NCBI GenBank assembly: GCA_963845565.1
Contig: CAWJSJ010000002.1
Span: forward strand, 256,001 to 320,000
Source of the DNA: an uncultured Methylomirabilota bacterium
GTDB lineage: Bacteria > Methylomirabilota > Methylomirabilia > Methylomirabilales > 2-02-FULL-66-22
DNA length: 64,000 nucleotides
Direction: 5' to 3'
The position numbers and the translations under genes are program-made. Within the stretch, counting starts at the first letter, position 1. Every line of letters starts with the position of its first letter. Below are positions 34,015 to 43,584 of this stretch, piece by piece. The notes beneath the pieces are model-generated. The model was not told the origin of the DNA. It saw only the letters and a program-made list of their open reading frames with translations, and searched no databases.

Positions 34015-34573
34015 GCGATGGGCTCCGCCCGTGCTCCAGATCACGATCCGTGCCGATGGGCCTTCATTAACAGATTATGCTACGTACTTCGACGTCCCAT
34101 ATTACGGGGTCTGGCCTACGCGCGTGCATCGCCCACCCGTACCATCTCTTGTCGCCTAATCTCTTCACCCTCCCAGGGAGAAGATCGGCCGCTGAGGCAG
34201 ACGCCGCTTCATGGGAGTGAGGCCGGTGCCGGCGATCGCCCAGGACCGGTCCGGGACCGCCCCTCTTCCGCCCATCTTTCGCCTTGACAGCCGGCGGCAG
34301 CGTGCGGGAGACTCCCATCCGATCGTGACGACCCCCCGAAGGCGGGCCACGCGCAACACCGGCGGGCCCTCGGGGGGTGCGTGGGCTGGCCGGCACCCGG
34401 ATCCCGGTGCGGCCCCCAAAAGCAAGTCCCTATCACCCCCTGGTCCCGCCGATCCTGTGTGGGGCTGACCTCGCCCTGGCAAACTCGGGCTGGCTGGCCA
34501 CCACCGGGGCCCTGCTCGCGATCCTGCCGGTGCTGGCGCTGATCCTGGGGTGAGGGCAGGGAGAAGGGGCGCC

Positions 34574-35548
34574 ATGGAGTATCGTCGTCTCGGCCGCTCG
34601 GGCCTTCGCGTCTCGTGCCTTGCTCTCGGCACCATGAACTTCGGCGACGCCACGACGTCGTCCGATGCCGACCGGATCGTCCGGACCGCCGTCGAGCGGG
34701 GGATCAACCTGCTCGACAGCGCCGATGTCTACGCCGGGGGTGAGAGCCAGCGCGTGGTCGGGGGCATCCTCGCGGAGGCCGGCCTGCGCGACCGGGTGCT
34801 GCTCACCTCGAAGGCGTGCATGCCCGTCGGTGAGGGACCCAACGACCGAGGCCTGACGCGCCGCCACGTCGTGGACTCCTGCGAGGCGAGCTTGCGCAGC
34901 CTGCGGACGGATCGCCTCGACGTGTTTTTCCTCCACCGGCACGACCCCGGGGTTCCCGCCGACGAGGTGCTCGCGACGCTCGACCTCCTTCTGCGGCAGG
35001 GGAAGATCCTCCACGCCGCGTGTTCCACCTTCCCGCCCTGGCGCACGGTCGAGGCCGTGATGCTCGCCGAATGGCACGGCTGGCCCCGGTTCACCTGCGA
35101 GCAGCCGCCCTACAACCTCGTCGATCGGCGGGCCGAAGTCGAGATCCTGCCGATGTGCCAGGCGCTCGATCTCGGCGTGCTGGCCTGGAGCCCGCTCGCG
35201 CAGGGCGTGCTGGCCGGCCGGTACGCGCGCGGAGCCGGTTTCCCGGCGGGCAGCCGCGCGACCCGGAAGCCGGTCTTCGCCGACCGGGTGAGCGACGCGG
35301 CGATCGAGACGGCGGAGCGGCTCGCTGCGCGCCTCGCGCAGTTCGCCGTCGCCTTCGTGCTCGCCCGGCCCGAGGTCACCGCCGCGACCATCGGGCCGCG
35401 CACCCCCGAGCAGTTCGAAGAGCTGCTCGGAGCGGCCGACCTGCGGCTCGGCGCGGACGAGATGGCGTTCTGCGGCTCGCTCGTAGCGCCGGGGCGGAAC
35501 GTCTCAAACCACTTCAACACCGCCTCATGGATGAACGAAGGAGGCTGA
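34574..35548 (+). CDS. Aldo/keto reductase
   Basis: LGTMNFG, DSADVY, EQPPYN and WSPLAQG motifs. Confidence 0.92.
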   Translation: MEYRRLGRSGLRVSCLALGTMNFGDATTSSDADRIVRTAVERGINLLDSADVYAGGESQRVVGGILAEAGLRDRVLLTSKACMPVGEGPNDRGLTRRHVVDSCEASLRSLRTDRLDVFFLHRHDPGVPADEVLATLDLLLRQGKILHAACSTFPPWRTVEAVMLAEWHGWPRFTCEQPPYNLVDRRAEVEILPMCQALDLGVLAWSPLAQGVLAGRYARGAGFPAGSRATRKPVFADRVSDAAIETAERLAARLAQFAVAFVLARPEVTAATIGPRTPEQFEELLGAADLRLGADEMAFCGSLVAPGRNVSNHFNTASWMNEGG

Positions 35549-35595
35549 ATGAAGGACGGCTATTTCCACCGTTACGGGGGGGGACCGGGCCACAT

Positions 35596-35830
35596 TCAGC
35601 ACGGTGAGAGGATCCGCTGCCAGGTGGCGGCCGCGGCCGCACCTTGGGCTGCCGCACGGTAGACGTTCTGGGGGCGGATTCCCAGCGGCGCGGCCAGCGG
35701 GCGCCCGGCGTGGCCCAGGACCGTCACCCAGAGGTAGGCGATCCCCGCCCGGGCCCGACTGACCCGGGCCGTCCGGCCCCCCGAGACCAGGGCCGCCGGT
35801 GCAATCCCCAGGGACGCGCAGCCGGGTCTC
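35596..35830 (-). pseudogene. Probable C-terminal HTH remnant of a REP-associated (Y1) transposase
   Basis: VSRARAGIAYLWVTVLGHAGRPLAAPLGIRPQNVYRAA; no upstream catalytic part is present. Confidence 0.45.
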
Positions 35831-35840
35831 GTAATACGTA

Positions 35841-36030
35841 TACGTAGGCCACCAGCGCGGGATCGGCGACGAGCCCCATGCTCGCCTCGACCTTCTTGGC
35901 CTCCTCGGCACCCAACTCGCTCTCTTTGTCCGCCGAGAGCATCGCCGCTTCCGACCGGCCGCTCAAAGGATTGACGGCACACCCGGCGGCCATGGTTGCC
36001 ACGCACACGACCAGTAGACCCCCCACCACC
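35841..36030 (-). pseudogene. M48 (BepA/YfgC-like) lipoprotein peptidase N-terminal fragment
   Basis: AAGCAVNPLSGRSE..E.ELG....DPALVAYV, then truncated before HExxH. Confidence 0.65.
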
Positions 36031-36179
36031 ATCGCGGCAGTTGGCAGAGCAAGAATTGGAGCGTCATATATCGCCGATCCGTTCGCCTCTGGCCACGGCC
36101 CCGGTATCACGTATCCGGTATCCGGCTCCCCCTGTCCATGATCCCGCATTTCGGCAGGGGCAGCGTGGGCGCATTGCCA

Positions 36180-36204
36180 AATGACGCCGACGACTATCCG
36201 CCCC
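36180..36204 (+). repeat. 25-bp direct repeat, copy 2 (spans the stop codon of ORF 36194-36475)
   Basis: Identical to 31653-31677. Confidence 0.85.
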
Positions 36205-36475
36205 CGCGCAGGAAGCCGCGGTGGAAGCGCTCCATGAAAGCCTCCGCTTCCGCCTCCGAGCATCCCGCCAGGACGATCTCGACGCGGTGACGGGGAAAGA
36301 CCACGGCGCCCATTCGACGGTCCGCCAGGGGCACCAGACGGATGGTCCAGTCCCGATCCCCGCCGGACCGCCGGACCGTGTCCCCGTTCACCACGAATGG
36401 TCCGATGACCGCGAGCAGAAGGCGGAAGAACTCCTCCCGGTTGAGGCTCATCTCCAGGCTTCGGTGGAAATCCAT
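36194..36475 (-). CDS. Small protein at the end of the AOR operon (AorE-like position)
   Basis: Abuts the MoaD-like gene; ends FLRGGG. Confidence 0.7.
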   Translation of the reverse strand: MDFHRSLEMSLNREEFFRLLLAVIGPFVVNGDTVRRSGGDRDWTIRLVPLADRRMGAVVFPRHRVEIVLAGCSEAEAEAFMERFHRGFLRGGG

Positions 36476-36730
36476 TCAGCCTCCGGCGATGGGGGGCCAG
36501 ACTGCCAACGCCTGGCCGTCCGACATCGCACGCGTCGCGCGGTCCGGCCGGGCCACCCACACGCCATCGATCAGCACGATGGCGCACAGCGCCTCGGGAA
36601 CGCCCTGGCGCCGGATCACGTCGAGGACCGTGGTGCCCGGGTCGACCTCGAGCTCGACCTGGTGGCTCGACCGCGCCTCGGCCGGGAGGTGACTGGCGAG
36701 GGAGGCGAACAGCTTGAGCGTGATCTTCAT
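36476..36730 (-). CDS. MoaD/ThiS sulfur carrier (AorD-like)
   Basis: MKITLKLFASL...PPIAGG with C-terminal GG. Confidence 0.9.
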   Translation of the reverse strand: MKITLKLFASLASHLPAEARSSHQVELEVDPGTTVLDVIRRQGVPEALCAIVLIDGVWVARPDRATRAMSDGQALAVWPPIAGG

Positions 36731-37971
36731 ACCGCGTCGTAGGCAGCCGAGAGGTAGGCCTTCATGATCTGTGCGGGCTCGTTCAGCAGCCGCTGCTTCC
36801 AGGCCCCCAGCCGGAGCCGTCCCTCGATGAGCCCCCGGAGTGCGCCGACGTGCTCGGAGAAGCCCACGCAGTTGGCGCCAATCAGGCGGTCGCCGTCGAA
36901 CTGCAGGTTCAGGTAGCGGTACCGGGACTCGTCCAGCACTTCGGCGGATTCTCCGCCCGGCACGCCCTGCCACTCCCCGAACGACGAGGAGACCAGGCCA
37001 AGGGTCGTGAGCACGTTGAAGACGAAGCTGCCCTTGAAGCGTGCCGGCCGGCCGGCCATATTCAGCGCCGCGATCCGGCCCTGCTCCACCGCATTTGGCT
37101 GGATGGCGTTCAGTTGCCGCTTCCCGGTCAGACAGTCGGTGGATTCAGCCACGTCGCCGGCCGCGTAGACGCCGGGAATGCTGGTTTGCAGATGGGCATC
37201 GACCAGAATGCCCTGGCCGATCTCGATGCCGCTGTCCGCCAGGAAGTCCAGGTTCGGATCAACGCCGACGACGCTGAGGTACACATCGGCGGGAAGAGCC
37301 CGGCCCCCGCCCAGGTCCACCCGCAGCGCGCCCCCATTCACGCTGAGCGCCTTGGGCTGGGTCCGGGTGAGGACCTTCACGCCCTTGGCTTCGCACCACC
37401 GCTGGATCAGCGCGCTGGCCGTGGGGTTCATCATCCGGCGCACCATGTACCCGCTGCGGACGAGGATCGTGAGGTCCACGCCGCGTGAGAGCAGGCCCTC
37501 CATGATGATGCAGCCCACGAACCCCGCTCCCATTTGCACGATGTGGCTGCCCGGCCGGGCCCTGGCGATGATGGTCCGGGCGTCCTGAAGAGTCCAGCAG
37601 GCTTGGACGCCCGGGAAATCGATGCCTGGAATCCGCTCCCGGCTCGGCCGGGAGCCCGTGGCGATGAGCAGGCGATCGTAGGGAAGGCTGCGACCGTTGC
37701 CGACGTCCACGGCGCGACCGGCCGTGTCGATGGCCTGCGCTCGGGCCTGCACCAGCGTGATGCGCAGCCGGTCGTAGTGGTTCGCATCCTTGCGGATGTG
37801 GGTTCCCGCCTCGTCTATCTCCCCCTTCAGCAGGTAGGGGATCGCCATGCGGGAATACGGCGGCTCGCCTTCGCCGCAGAGCAGTGTGATCTCCGCGGCA
37901 GGGTCGGCCTTCCGCAGGGTCTCCCCCGCGACCACGCCCGCGGGACCGCTTCCGATGATGACGTGCCTCAT
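36727..37971 (-). CDS. FAD/NAD(P)-dependent oxidoreductase (AorC-like)
   Basis: IIGSGPAG, ATGS, GAGFVG and YAAGD motifs. Confidence 0.9.
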   Translation of the reverse strand: MRHVIIGSGPAGVVAGETLRKADPAAEITLLCGEGEPPYSRMAIPYLLKGEIDEAGTHIRKDANHYDRLRITLVQARAQAIDTAGRAVDVGNGRSLPYDRLLIATGSRPSRERIPGIDFPGVQACWTLQDARTIIARARPGSHIVQMGAGFVGCIIMEGLLSRGVDLTILVRSGYMVRRMMNPTASALIQRWCEAKGVKVLTRTQPKALSVNGGALRVDLGGGRALPADVYLSVVGVDPNLDFLADSGIEIGQGILVDAHLQTSIPGVYAAGDVAESTDCLTGKRQLNAIQPNAVEQGRIAALNMAGRPARFKGSFVFNVLTTLGLVSSSFGEWQGVPGGESAEVLDESRYRYLNLQFDGDRLIGANCVGFSEHVGALRGLIEGRLRLGAWKQRLLNEPAQIMKAYLSAAYDAV

Positions 37972-37988
37972 GGGAGGCCCCGTGCCTT

Positions 37989-39839
37989 TCACACGCCGAG
38001 TCGCGCGCGCGTCTCGGTGGTGGGCACACCCTCAGGACTCCACCCCCGCACCCGGTAGTACTCCGGCAGCATGGTATTGAGTTTCGACGTCGCGCCTTTC
38101 TGCGAGCCCGTCCGGGCGGCCTCATTCATCAGGCGCGGCGGCAGGTTGTCGTCCTTGCAGGTGAGCCCGGCGGCGAGATTGAATTCGCGCTCCATGTTCC
38201 AGATGCGCTCGCCGACGAGGAGCAGCCGCTCCGCGGACCAGTCACCCTCGCAGGCCGCTTGGATTTGCGGCTGGATGTCCGGGAGACCCCAGGCGAAGGT
38301 GGTGAACAGGCAGAGGCCGGAGGAATCCACCGCGGCGGTGAGGTCCTGGAAGGCCTTCAGCATGGCGGCCTTCCCCTCGGTGGCCTGGGGCTCCATCTTC
38401 ACCGGGAGGCCGAGTACTTCGGGCGACACCATGTAGCCGCGCAGATGACAGGCTCCCCGGTTGCTGGTGGCGTAGGCCAGACCCATGCCCTGCAGGACTC
38501 GGCCATCGTAGGCAGGGAACTCCTGGCTCTTGACGGTCATCGAGAGCTCGGGCCTGCCGTACTTCGCACAGAGGCGTCTCGATCCAAGTCCGATCGCCTT
38601 GCCGAACCCCTCGCCCTTCGCCGTCATTTCCGCGAGCTTCACCAGGGCCTCGGCGGATCCGAAGGGCAGCTCGAAGCCGACCTCCGCTTTCGTGAGAATA
38701 CCCAGCTCATAGAGCTCCATGGCCGCGCCCACGGTGGCGCCGAACGAGATGGGGTCGAAACCATCCTCGTTGCAGAGGAAGTTGGCGTAGGTGAGGGCCT
38801 CCAGATCCGACACGCCGGTGGCGGCGCCCAGAGCCCAGGCGGCCTCGTATTCCAAGCCGCCGGAGGCGCCCTGATACTGGGGCTTGTCCTTGACGCTGAA
38901 GTGCCCGGGGTCCATGCGGGAGATGCGGCCGCACGCGATGGTGCAGCCGAAGCAGGCGCCTTTGGTGACAAGGTTCGCCTTCCCGTCCGTGGGCCGCTTC
39001 TGGTGCATGGCCTCGGCCGAAATGGCCGGCGCCCCTTCGAATTGCACGTCGCGATGGTTGCGGGTCGGCAGCGCCCCCAGCTCGTTGATGACGTTCATCA
39101 GCACCTGCGTGCCGTAGGTGGGAAGTCCCTGCCCCGTCACACCATTCGCCGCCAGCACCTTCTTGCCGGCCTCGGTGGCCGCGAAGAACGCCTCCGGGTT
39201 CGCAAGCTGGTAGGCGTCAGTCCGGGTGCCGCGCACGGCCACGGCCTTCAGGTTCTTGGAACCCATCACCGCACCCACGCCCGACCGGCCGGCCGCCCGG
39301 TGCAGGTCGTTCACGATGGCGGCGTAGAAGACGCGGTTCTCTCCCGCCCGTCCGATGGCCGCCACCCGGATCTGCGGGTCCTGGTGGAATTTCTTGATCT
39401 GCTCCTCGGTCTCCCAGACGGTCTTGCCCCACAGATGGCCGGCGTCCACCAGTTCGGCCTGCCCGTCCGTGATGAGCAGGTAGACCGGTTTCGCGGAGGC
39501 GCCCTCGACGATCACCATGTCCCAGCCCGCGAACTTCAGCTCGGCGCCGAAGTAGCCGCCGGAGTTCGAGCAGGCGATGGCGCCCGTGAGCGGCCCCTTG
39601 GTGACGACGGAATAGCGCCCGCCGGTGGCGGCCATGGTGCCTGTAAGCGGCCCGGTCACGAAGATGAGTTTGTTGTCCGGCGAAAATGGATCGACCTTCG
39701 GATCGATCTCCGAGACGAGGTACTTGGTGGCGAGGCCGCGCTGGCCGAGGTAGTCATAGGCCCACGCCATGTTCAGCGGCTCGGTGGTGCAGGTGCCGGC
39801 CTCGAGGTTCACGCGAAGGACGTTCTTGGTCCATGCCAT
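37989..39839 (-). CDS. Tungsten aldehyde:ferredoxin oxidoreductase catalytic subunit (AorB-like)
   Basis: AAGRSGVGAVMGSKNLKA, CFGCTIAC, EYE, NRGACH and DSSGLC motifs. Confidence 0.95.
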   Translation of the reverse strand: MAWTKNVLRVNLEAGTCTTEPLNMAWAYDYLGQRGLATKYLVSEIDPKVDPFSPDNKLIFVTGPLTGTMAATGGRYSVVTKGPLTGAIACSNSGGYFGAELKFAGWDMVIVEGASAKPVYLLITDGQAELVDAGHLWGKTVWETEEQIKKFHQDPQIRVAAIGRAGENRVFYAAIVNDLHRAAGRSGVGAVMGSKNLKAVAVRGTRTDAYQLANPEAFFAATEAGKKVLAANGVTGQGLPTYGTQVLMNVINELGALPTRNHRDVQFEGAPAISAEAMHQKRPTDGKANLVTKGACFGCTIACGRISRMDPGHFSVKDKPQYQGASGGLEYEAAWALGAATGVSDLEALTYANFLCNEDGFDPISFGATVGAAMELYELGILTKAEVGFELPFGSAEALVKLAEMTAKGEGFGKAIGLGSRRLCAKYGRPELSMTVKSQEFPAYDGRVLQGMGLAYATSNRGACHLRGYMVSPEVLGLPVKMEPQATEGKAAMLKAFQDLTAAVDSSGLCLFTTFAWGLPDIQPQIQAACEGDWSAERLLLVGERIWNMEREFNLAAGLTCKDDNLPPRLMNEAARTGSQKGATSKLNTMLPEYYRVRGWSPEGVPTTETRARLGV

Positions 39840-39851
39840 GGCAGTCGCTCC

Positions 39852-40328
39852 TTACACCGCCGCCGCGGTCGTGTCGGTCCTGCCGGCCCACTGGCGCATC
39901 TTGCCGAGGCCGGTCCAGTCCGCGTCCACGTAGGTGATGGCGCCCGTGGGGCACGCCTTGGCGCACGCCGGCGCTCCGCCGCAGAGATCGCACTTCTGCA
40001 CCTTGCCCGTCTGGGCCACGTAATTGATGGTGCCGAAGGGGCAGGCGATCGTGCAGACCTTGCAGCCGACGCAGGTGGGCTCCAGCACGATCTTCGCGCC
40101 GGTCGCGGCGTCTCGCCGGATGGCATCCACCGGACAGGCCGTCATGCACCAGGCCTCGTCGCACTGCGTACAGGTGTAGGGGACGAAGCGCCCCTCGTGG
40201 TGGAAGGTGAACACCTTGATGCACGATTTCGCGGTCGTGAAGCTCCGGTAGTTCTCCCAGGTGCACGCCATCTCGCACTGGAGGCAGCCCGTGCACTTGT
40301 TGGGATCGAGGTGGAGGGATCTCTGCAT
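39852..40328 (-). CDS. 4Fe-4S polyferredoxin subunit (AorA-like)
   Basis: Four Cys clusters: CTGCLQC, CTQC..C, CVGCKVC and CDLC..C. Confidence 0.93.
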   Translation of the reverse strand: MQRSLHLDPNKCTGCLQCEMACTWENYRSFTTAKSCIKVFTFHHEGRFVPYTCTQCDEAWCMTACPVDAIRRDAATGAKIVLEPTCVGCKVCTIACPFGTINYVAQTGKVQKCDLCGGAPACAKACPTGAITYVDADWTGLGKMRQWAGRTDTTAAAV

Positions 40329-40424
40329 GGCGGGACCTCCTGTGGGGGCTGTCTGGAACCGGCGGCCGTGAACAGGTGGTAGGAATTTGCGTTTGAGGGC
40401 CCGGCGCGACGATCGGGACGCCGG

Positions 40425-40585
40425 GGCTCCCCCGAGGCCGCCGGCGCGCCGGTCTGCGCCTCGCGGGAGGTGACCAGCCGCTGGGTGGGAGTATCGGGCG
40501 CACTTGACCCGGATGTCAAGGGCAAACGGGGATCACCCGGTTGCCGGGGGGCCCACGCCCGGACCGGGGCAGGCCGCTTCGACCA
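40425..40585 (-). promoter_or_regulatory. Repeated promoter plus hairpin leader element, copy 1 (upstream of aor operon)
   Basis: Minus strand TTGACA-N18-GATACT followed by the stem ctcccgcgaggc...gcctcgggggag; homologous to 43149-43410 and 46715-46915. Confidence 0.6.
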
Positions 40586-40667
40586 GTGCAGGGCGGAGCA
40601 CAGGGCCAGGTGGCGGAGAATCGTCTCGATTACGGCCGGCTGTCATATTTGGGGTCAGTGAATGGGG

Positions 40668-41612
40668 TCAGGCTTCGATAATTTGCTTTTGGCCGGACGG
40701 CAGTGCTGCCAGGATGGTCGTCACGACGAGCAGGCCCCAGATGCCGACGGCCGCCGCGACGTACATCCCGCCGAGAAGCATGTTGAATCCCAGCGCATGC
40801 ATGACGAGGCCGACGGTCGCTTCCGCCAGGACCAGGAGGCCCGCCCCCGTCGCGGCCCCGAGGATCGCGGCGTGTCCGCGGCGTGTCCGCCAGGCGTGGA
40901 TGACCAGGGCGGCGATCAGGACGGCGGCCACGCCTCCGAGCACGCGGCGCGCCGGCGCGAGCGCGCCGGAGACCTCGGCCGCCTCCGCGACGAGGCCGTA
41001 CAGCGGCCACCCCAGACATCGAGCGATGGAGCCGACGTCCGCGACGAGCACCCCGCTCACCAGCACGAGGAACGTCGCGACGAGGGCACCGAGGGCCAAC
41101 CTGGCGAAGGGGTCGCGGAACGAGAGCCGGTCGGGCAGTCCGGGATCGTGGCGACGAGCCCCGGCCACCGCCCACGCCGCCAGCACGAGGGCGAGCACCA
41201 TCAGCGCCGAGCCGACATCGACCGCCGCGATCGCTGGAGGCAGACCGGTCAGGACCGCGAAGGCCCCGAACACGACCACTGCCAGCACCAGCCCCATGGC
41301 AATCGCCGGGGGCCGGCTCAGCCAGGTGATGGCGCGATACCTGCGTACGCCCACGATCGCCGCCGCCAGGATGAGCGGGGACGTCAGCACGGCGAAGAAC
41401 CGGTGCGTCGTCTCGATGATTGCGCCCACATTGGCGGGCGGGATGATCTGCCCGTAGCACCGGGGCCAGTCGGGACACCCCTGGCCCGATCCCGTCACGC
41501 ACACGATCCCCCCCATCACGATCAGGAGGTACGTCATCGCGGAGGCAGCCGAGAGCAGAGCGTAGAAGCCTCTGCGGACGACGGTCCCGCCCATCGCTGC
41601 GTCAGTGGTCAT
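40668..41612 (-). CDS. COX15/CtaA heme A synthase-like membrane protein (His-degenerate)
   Basis: GCPDWPRC and IETTHR motifs; about 8 hydrophobic helices. Confidence 0.8.
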   Translation of the reverse strand: MTTDAAMGGTVVRRGFYALLSAASAMTYLLIVMGGIVCVTGSGQGCPDWPRCYGQIIPPANVGAIIETTHRFFAVLTSPLILAAAIVGVRRYRAITWLSRPPAIAMGLVLAVVVFGAFAVLTGLPPAIAAVDVGSALMVLALVLAAWAVAGARRHDPGLPDRLSFRDPFARLALGALVATFLVLVSGVLVADVGSIARCLGWPLYGLVAEAAEVSGALAPARRVLGGVAAVLIAALVIHAWRTRRGHAAILGAATGAGLLVLAEATVGLVMHALGFNMLLGGMYVAAAVGIWGLLVVTTILAALPSGQKQIIEA

Positions 41613-42087
41613 GGCGCCCTCCCCAGAAGGTCCGTCCCCCAAGTCAACGGGTACCCACGCGCAGCAGGCGGGCCGCGAGGCCCGGCGAAACCTCGATAGC
41701 CCCCTGGGGGCACATCTCCTGGCAGCAGAAGCAGGCGATGCAGCGTTCGCAGTCGATGTCCGGCGCAGCGTGACGCCCCCGCGCGCGTGGGGTGTCTGGC
41801 GCATCCAAGCGGGCCGGGCCGCGCGATGGCGACAGCCATCGCGAGCATCACGTGTTTTACTTGGCCGGGTAGTATTTCCTGACCGAGTTTACGGCCGCTT
41901 TTGATACCTTCCCGAGTGAGGTCCTGGCGCTGTTCGGCCAGGCGGCCAGGCCGGCCAAGCCGACCTCCAGGGTGAAAGCCAAGACGCGGAGCGTGGCGTG
42001 GGCGAGGCCGATCCCCCGGGGCAAGGCGACGGCCGCCAAGTCCGTGCGCTCTTGGCGACCTTCGCGGCTCAGCCGTGCCATTCAGAC

Positions 42088-42900
42088 TCAAACGGGGCCG
42101 CCGATTCCCTTCAGGAGCGCCCCCACGGCGTAGGCCACGCCGGCGGCGAGGCCGCCGACCAGCAGCATCTCCAGGCCGCTTCGCAGGGCGCTCATCTGGG
42201 TCACCAGGACCTTGGTGGCCCCCAAGCCGAAGAGAGCCAATGCCGACAGGAAGAAGGAGGCGGGGAAGAGGACCGAGGCAGGGATGGCCACCGCCATGGC
42301 CAGGAGGTAGACCAGGAGGGGCACGCTCCCGGCGACGACGAAGGCGACGACGGTGGCCAGGCCGCTCAGCAGCGGGTTCTTTTCCTCCTTCAGCATCCCC
42401 AGCTCCTCCAACATCATGCTGTCGACCCAGCGCTCCCGGTCGTGCGTCTTGATGGCGACCAGTTGACGGGCCTCCTCCTCCGAGTAGCCCTGCCTCCGGT
42501 ACAGGTCGAACAGTTCGGCCCGCTCCCCCTCGGGAAAACGGTCCACCTCCCACGCCTCCCGCGCCCGCTCCCGCTCGTAGTATTCCCGCTCGCTCTTGGC
42601 CGACAAGTACGCCCCGATGCCCATGGAGAAGCCGTCGGCCAGGAGGTTCGCCAGGCCCAGGATCAGGATCACGTTGATGCCGAGCTGGGCCCCCGCCACG
42701 CCACTCACCACGGCGAAGGTGGTGATGATGCCGTCGAGGCCGCCGTATACCATTTCGCCGAGGTACTGGCTTCCGGCCCCGCCGTGCTCCTCCCGGCTGG
42801 CATGGGCAATCCGGCCGGGATCGTGGGCCCTGGCGGACGCCGATGCGTCGCCGCGGGAAAAGGCCTGGCGTGCCTCCTCGAGTCGGCGTGAAAGACCCAT
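42088..42900 (-). CDS. VIT1/CCC1 family iron/manganese transporter
   Basis: VYGGLDGIITTFAVV and ADGFSMG motifs; Glu-rich cytoplasmic domain. Confidence 0.93.
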   Translation of the reverse strand: MGLSRRLEEARQAFSRGDASASARAHDPGRIAHASREEHGGAGSQYLGEMVYGGLDGIITTFAVVSGVAGAQLGINVILILGLANLLADGFSMGIGAYLSAKSEREYYERERAREAWEVDRFPEGERAELFDLYRRQGYSEEEARQLVAIKTHDRERWVDSMMLEELGMLKEEKNPLLSGLATVVAFVVAGSVPLLVYLLAMAVAIPASVLFPASFFLSALALFGLGATKVLVTQMSALRSGLEMLLVGGLAAGVAYAVGALLKGIGGPV

Positions 42901-43148
42901 GGCGCTCCTCTTCTCTCGCTCGGGGGTTGCCAGGCAGGCTTCGCTCTCCCTGGTCGAAGGCGGCCAGGGCGGCCGGCTGCCGGAAGCTCAGCGTGTTGAG
43001 CCGGTTCAGATGCAGCGCCCGCCTCTCGGTGGAGTAGATGGCCTTGGTCTTGGCCAGATCGGGCTGCGTATCCTGGTTTGGCGTCTTCGCGATGGGTGAT
43101 GGTGATAGTTATTTGCTATTGGGTCCGGCGCGAGGATCCTGGCGACGG

Positions 43149-43410
43149 GGTTCCCCCGAGGCCACCGGGGCCATCGCTCCGCGCCTCGCGGGAGGTGGCC
43201 AGCCGCTGGGCGGGAGTATCGAGCGCCCGGGACAGGGGTGTCAAGGGCAAACGCGACTCACCCGGGCGCCAGGGAGGGGACACGCCAGGCCGAGGACGGT
43301 GCCGACCGAGTACCCCGGCAGAACGACCTCAGTACGCGGCGCGCGCGACCCGTTGCAGGGAATACGGCAACGGGTACCCCGCCGGTGGCCTATGCGCCGG
43401 GGCGGGCAAC
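43149..43410 (-). promoter_or_regulatory. Repeated promoter plus hairpin leader element, copy 2
   Basis: TTGACA-N18-GATACT with the same stem as copy 1 and a different loop. Confidence 0.6.
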
Positions 43411-43556
43411 GGGACCAGGTGGCGGAGCGCCTTTTCGATCACAGTGCGCTGTTGAATGAACTGCCTCGAGGCAAGTCGTGAGGCGGTTGATTGCGGCAGA
43501 GCCACGTTCTCGTTTTGTGCAGCTCGCGTTCGCGCGCGGAACCTCCGCAATTTGTC

Positions 43557-43584
43557 TTGACTCTGTAAATCCGTACGCTAGATT
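43557..43584 (+). promoter_or_regulatory. Putative sigma70 promoter of the radical SAM cassette
   Basis: TTGACT-N16-TAGATT. Confidence 0.5.

Noticed and set aside
40503..40520. FNR/CRP box
   Set aside because: The palindrome is TTGA-N8-TCAA rather than FNR's TTGA-N6-TCAA; kept only as an unassigned palindrome.
41857..42081. 74-aa ORF between VIT1 and the CtaA-like gene
   Set aside because: No motif or clear RBS; it may be non-coding or a fragment.
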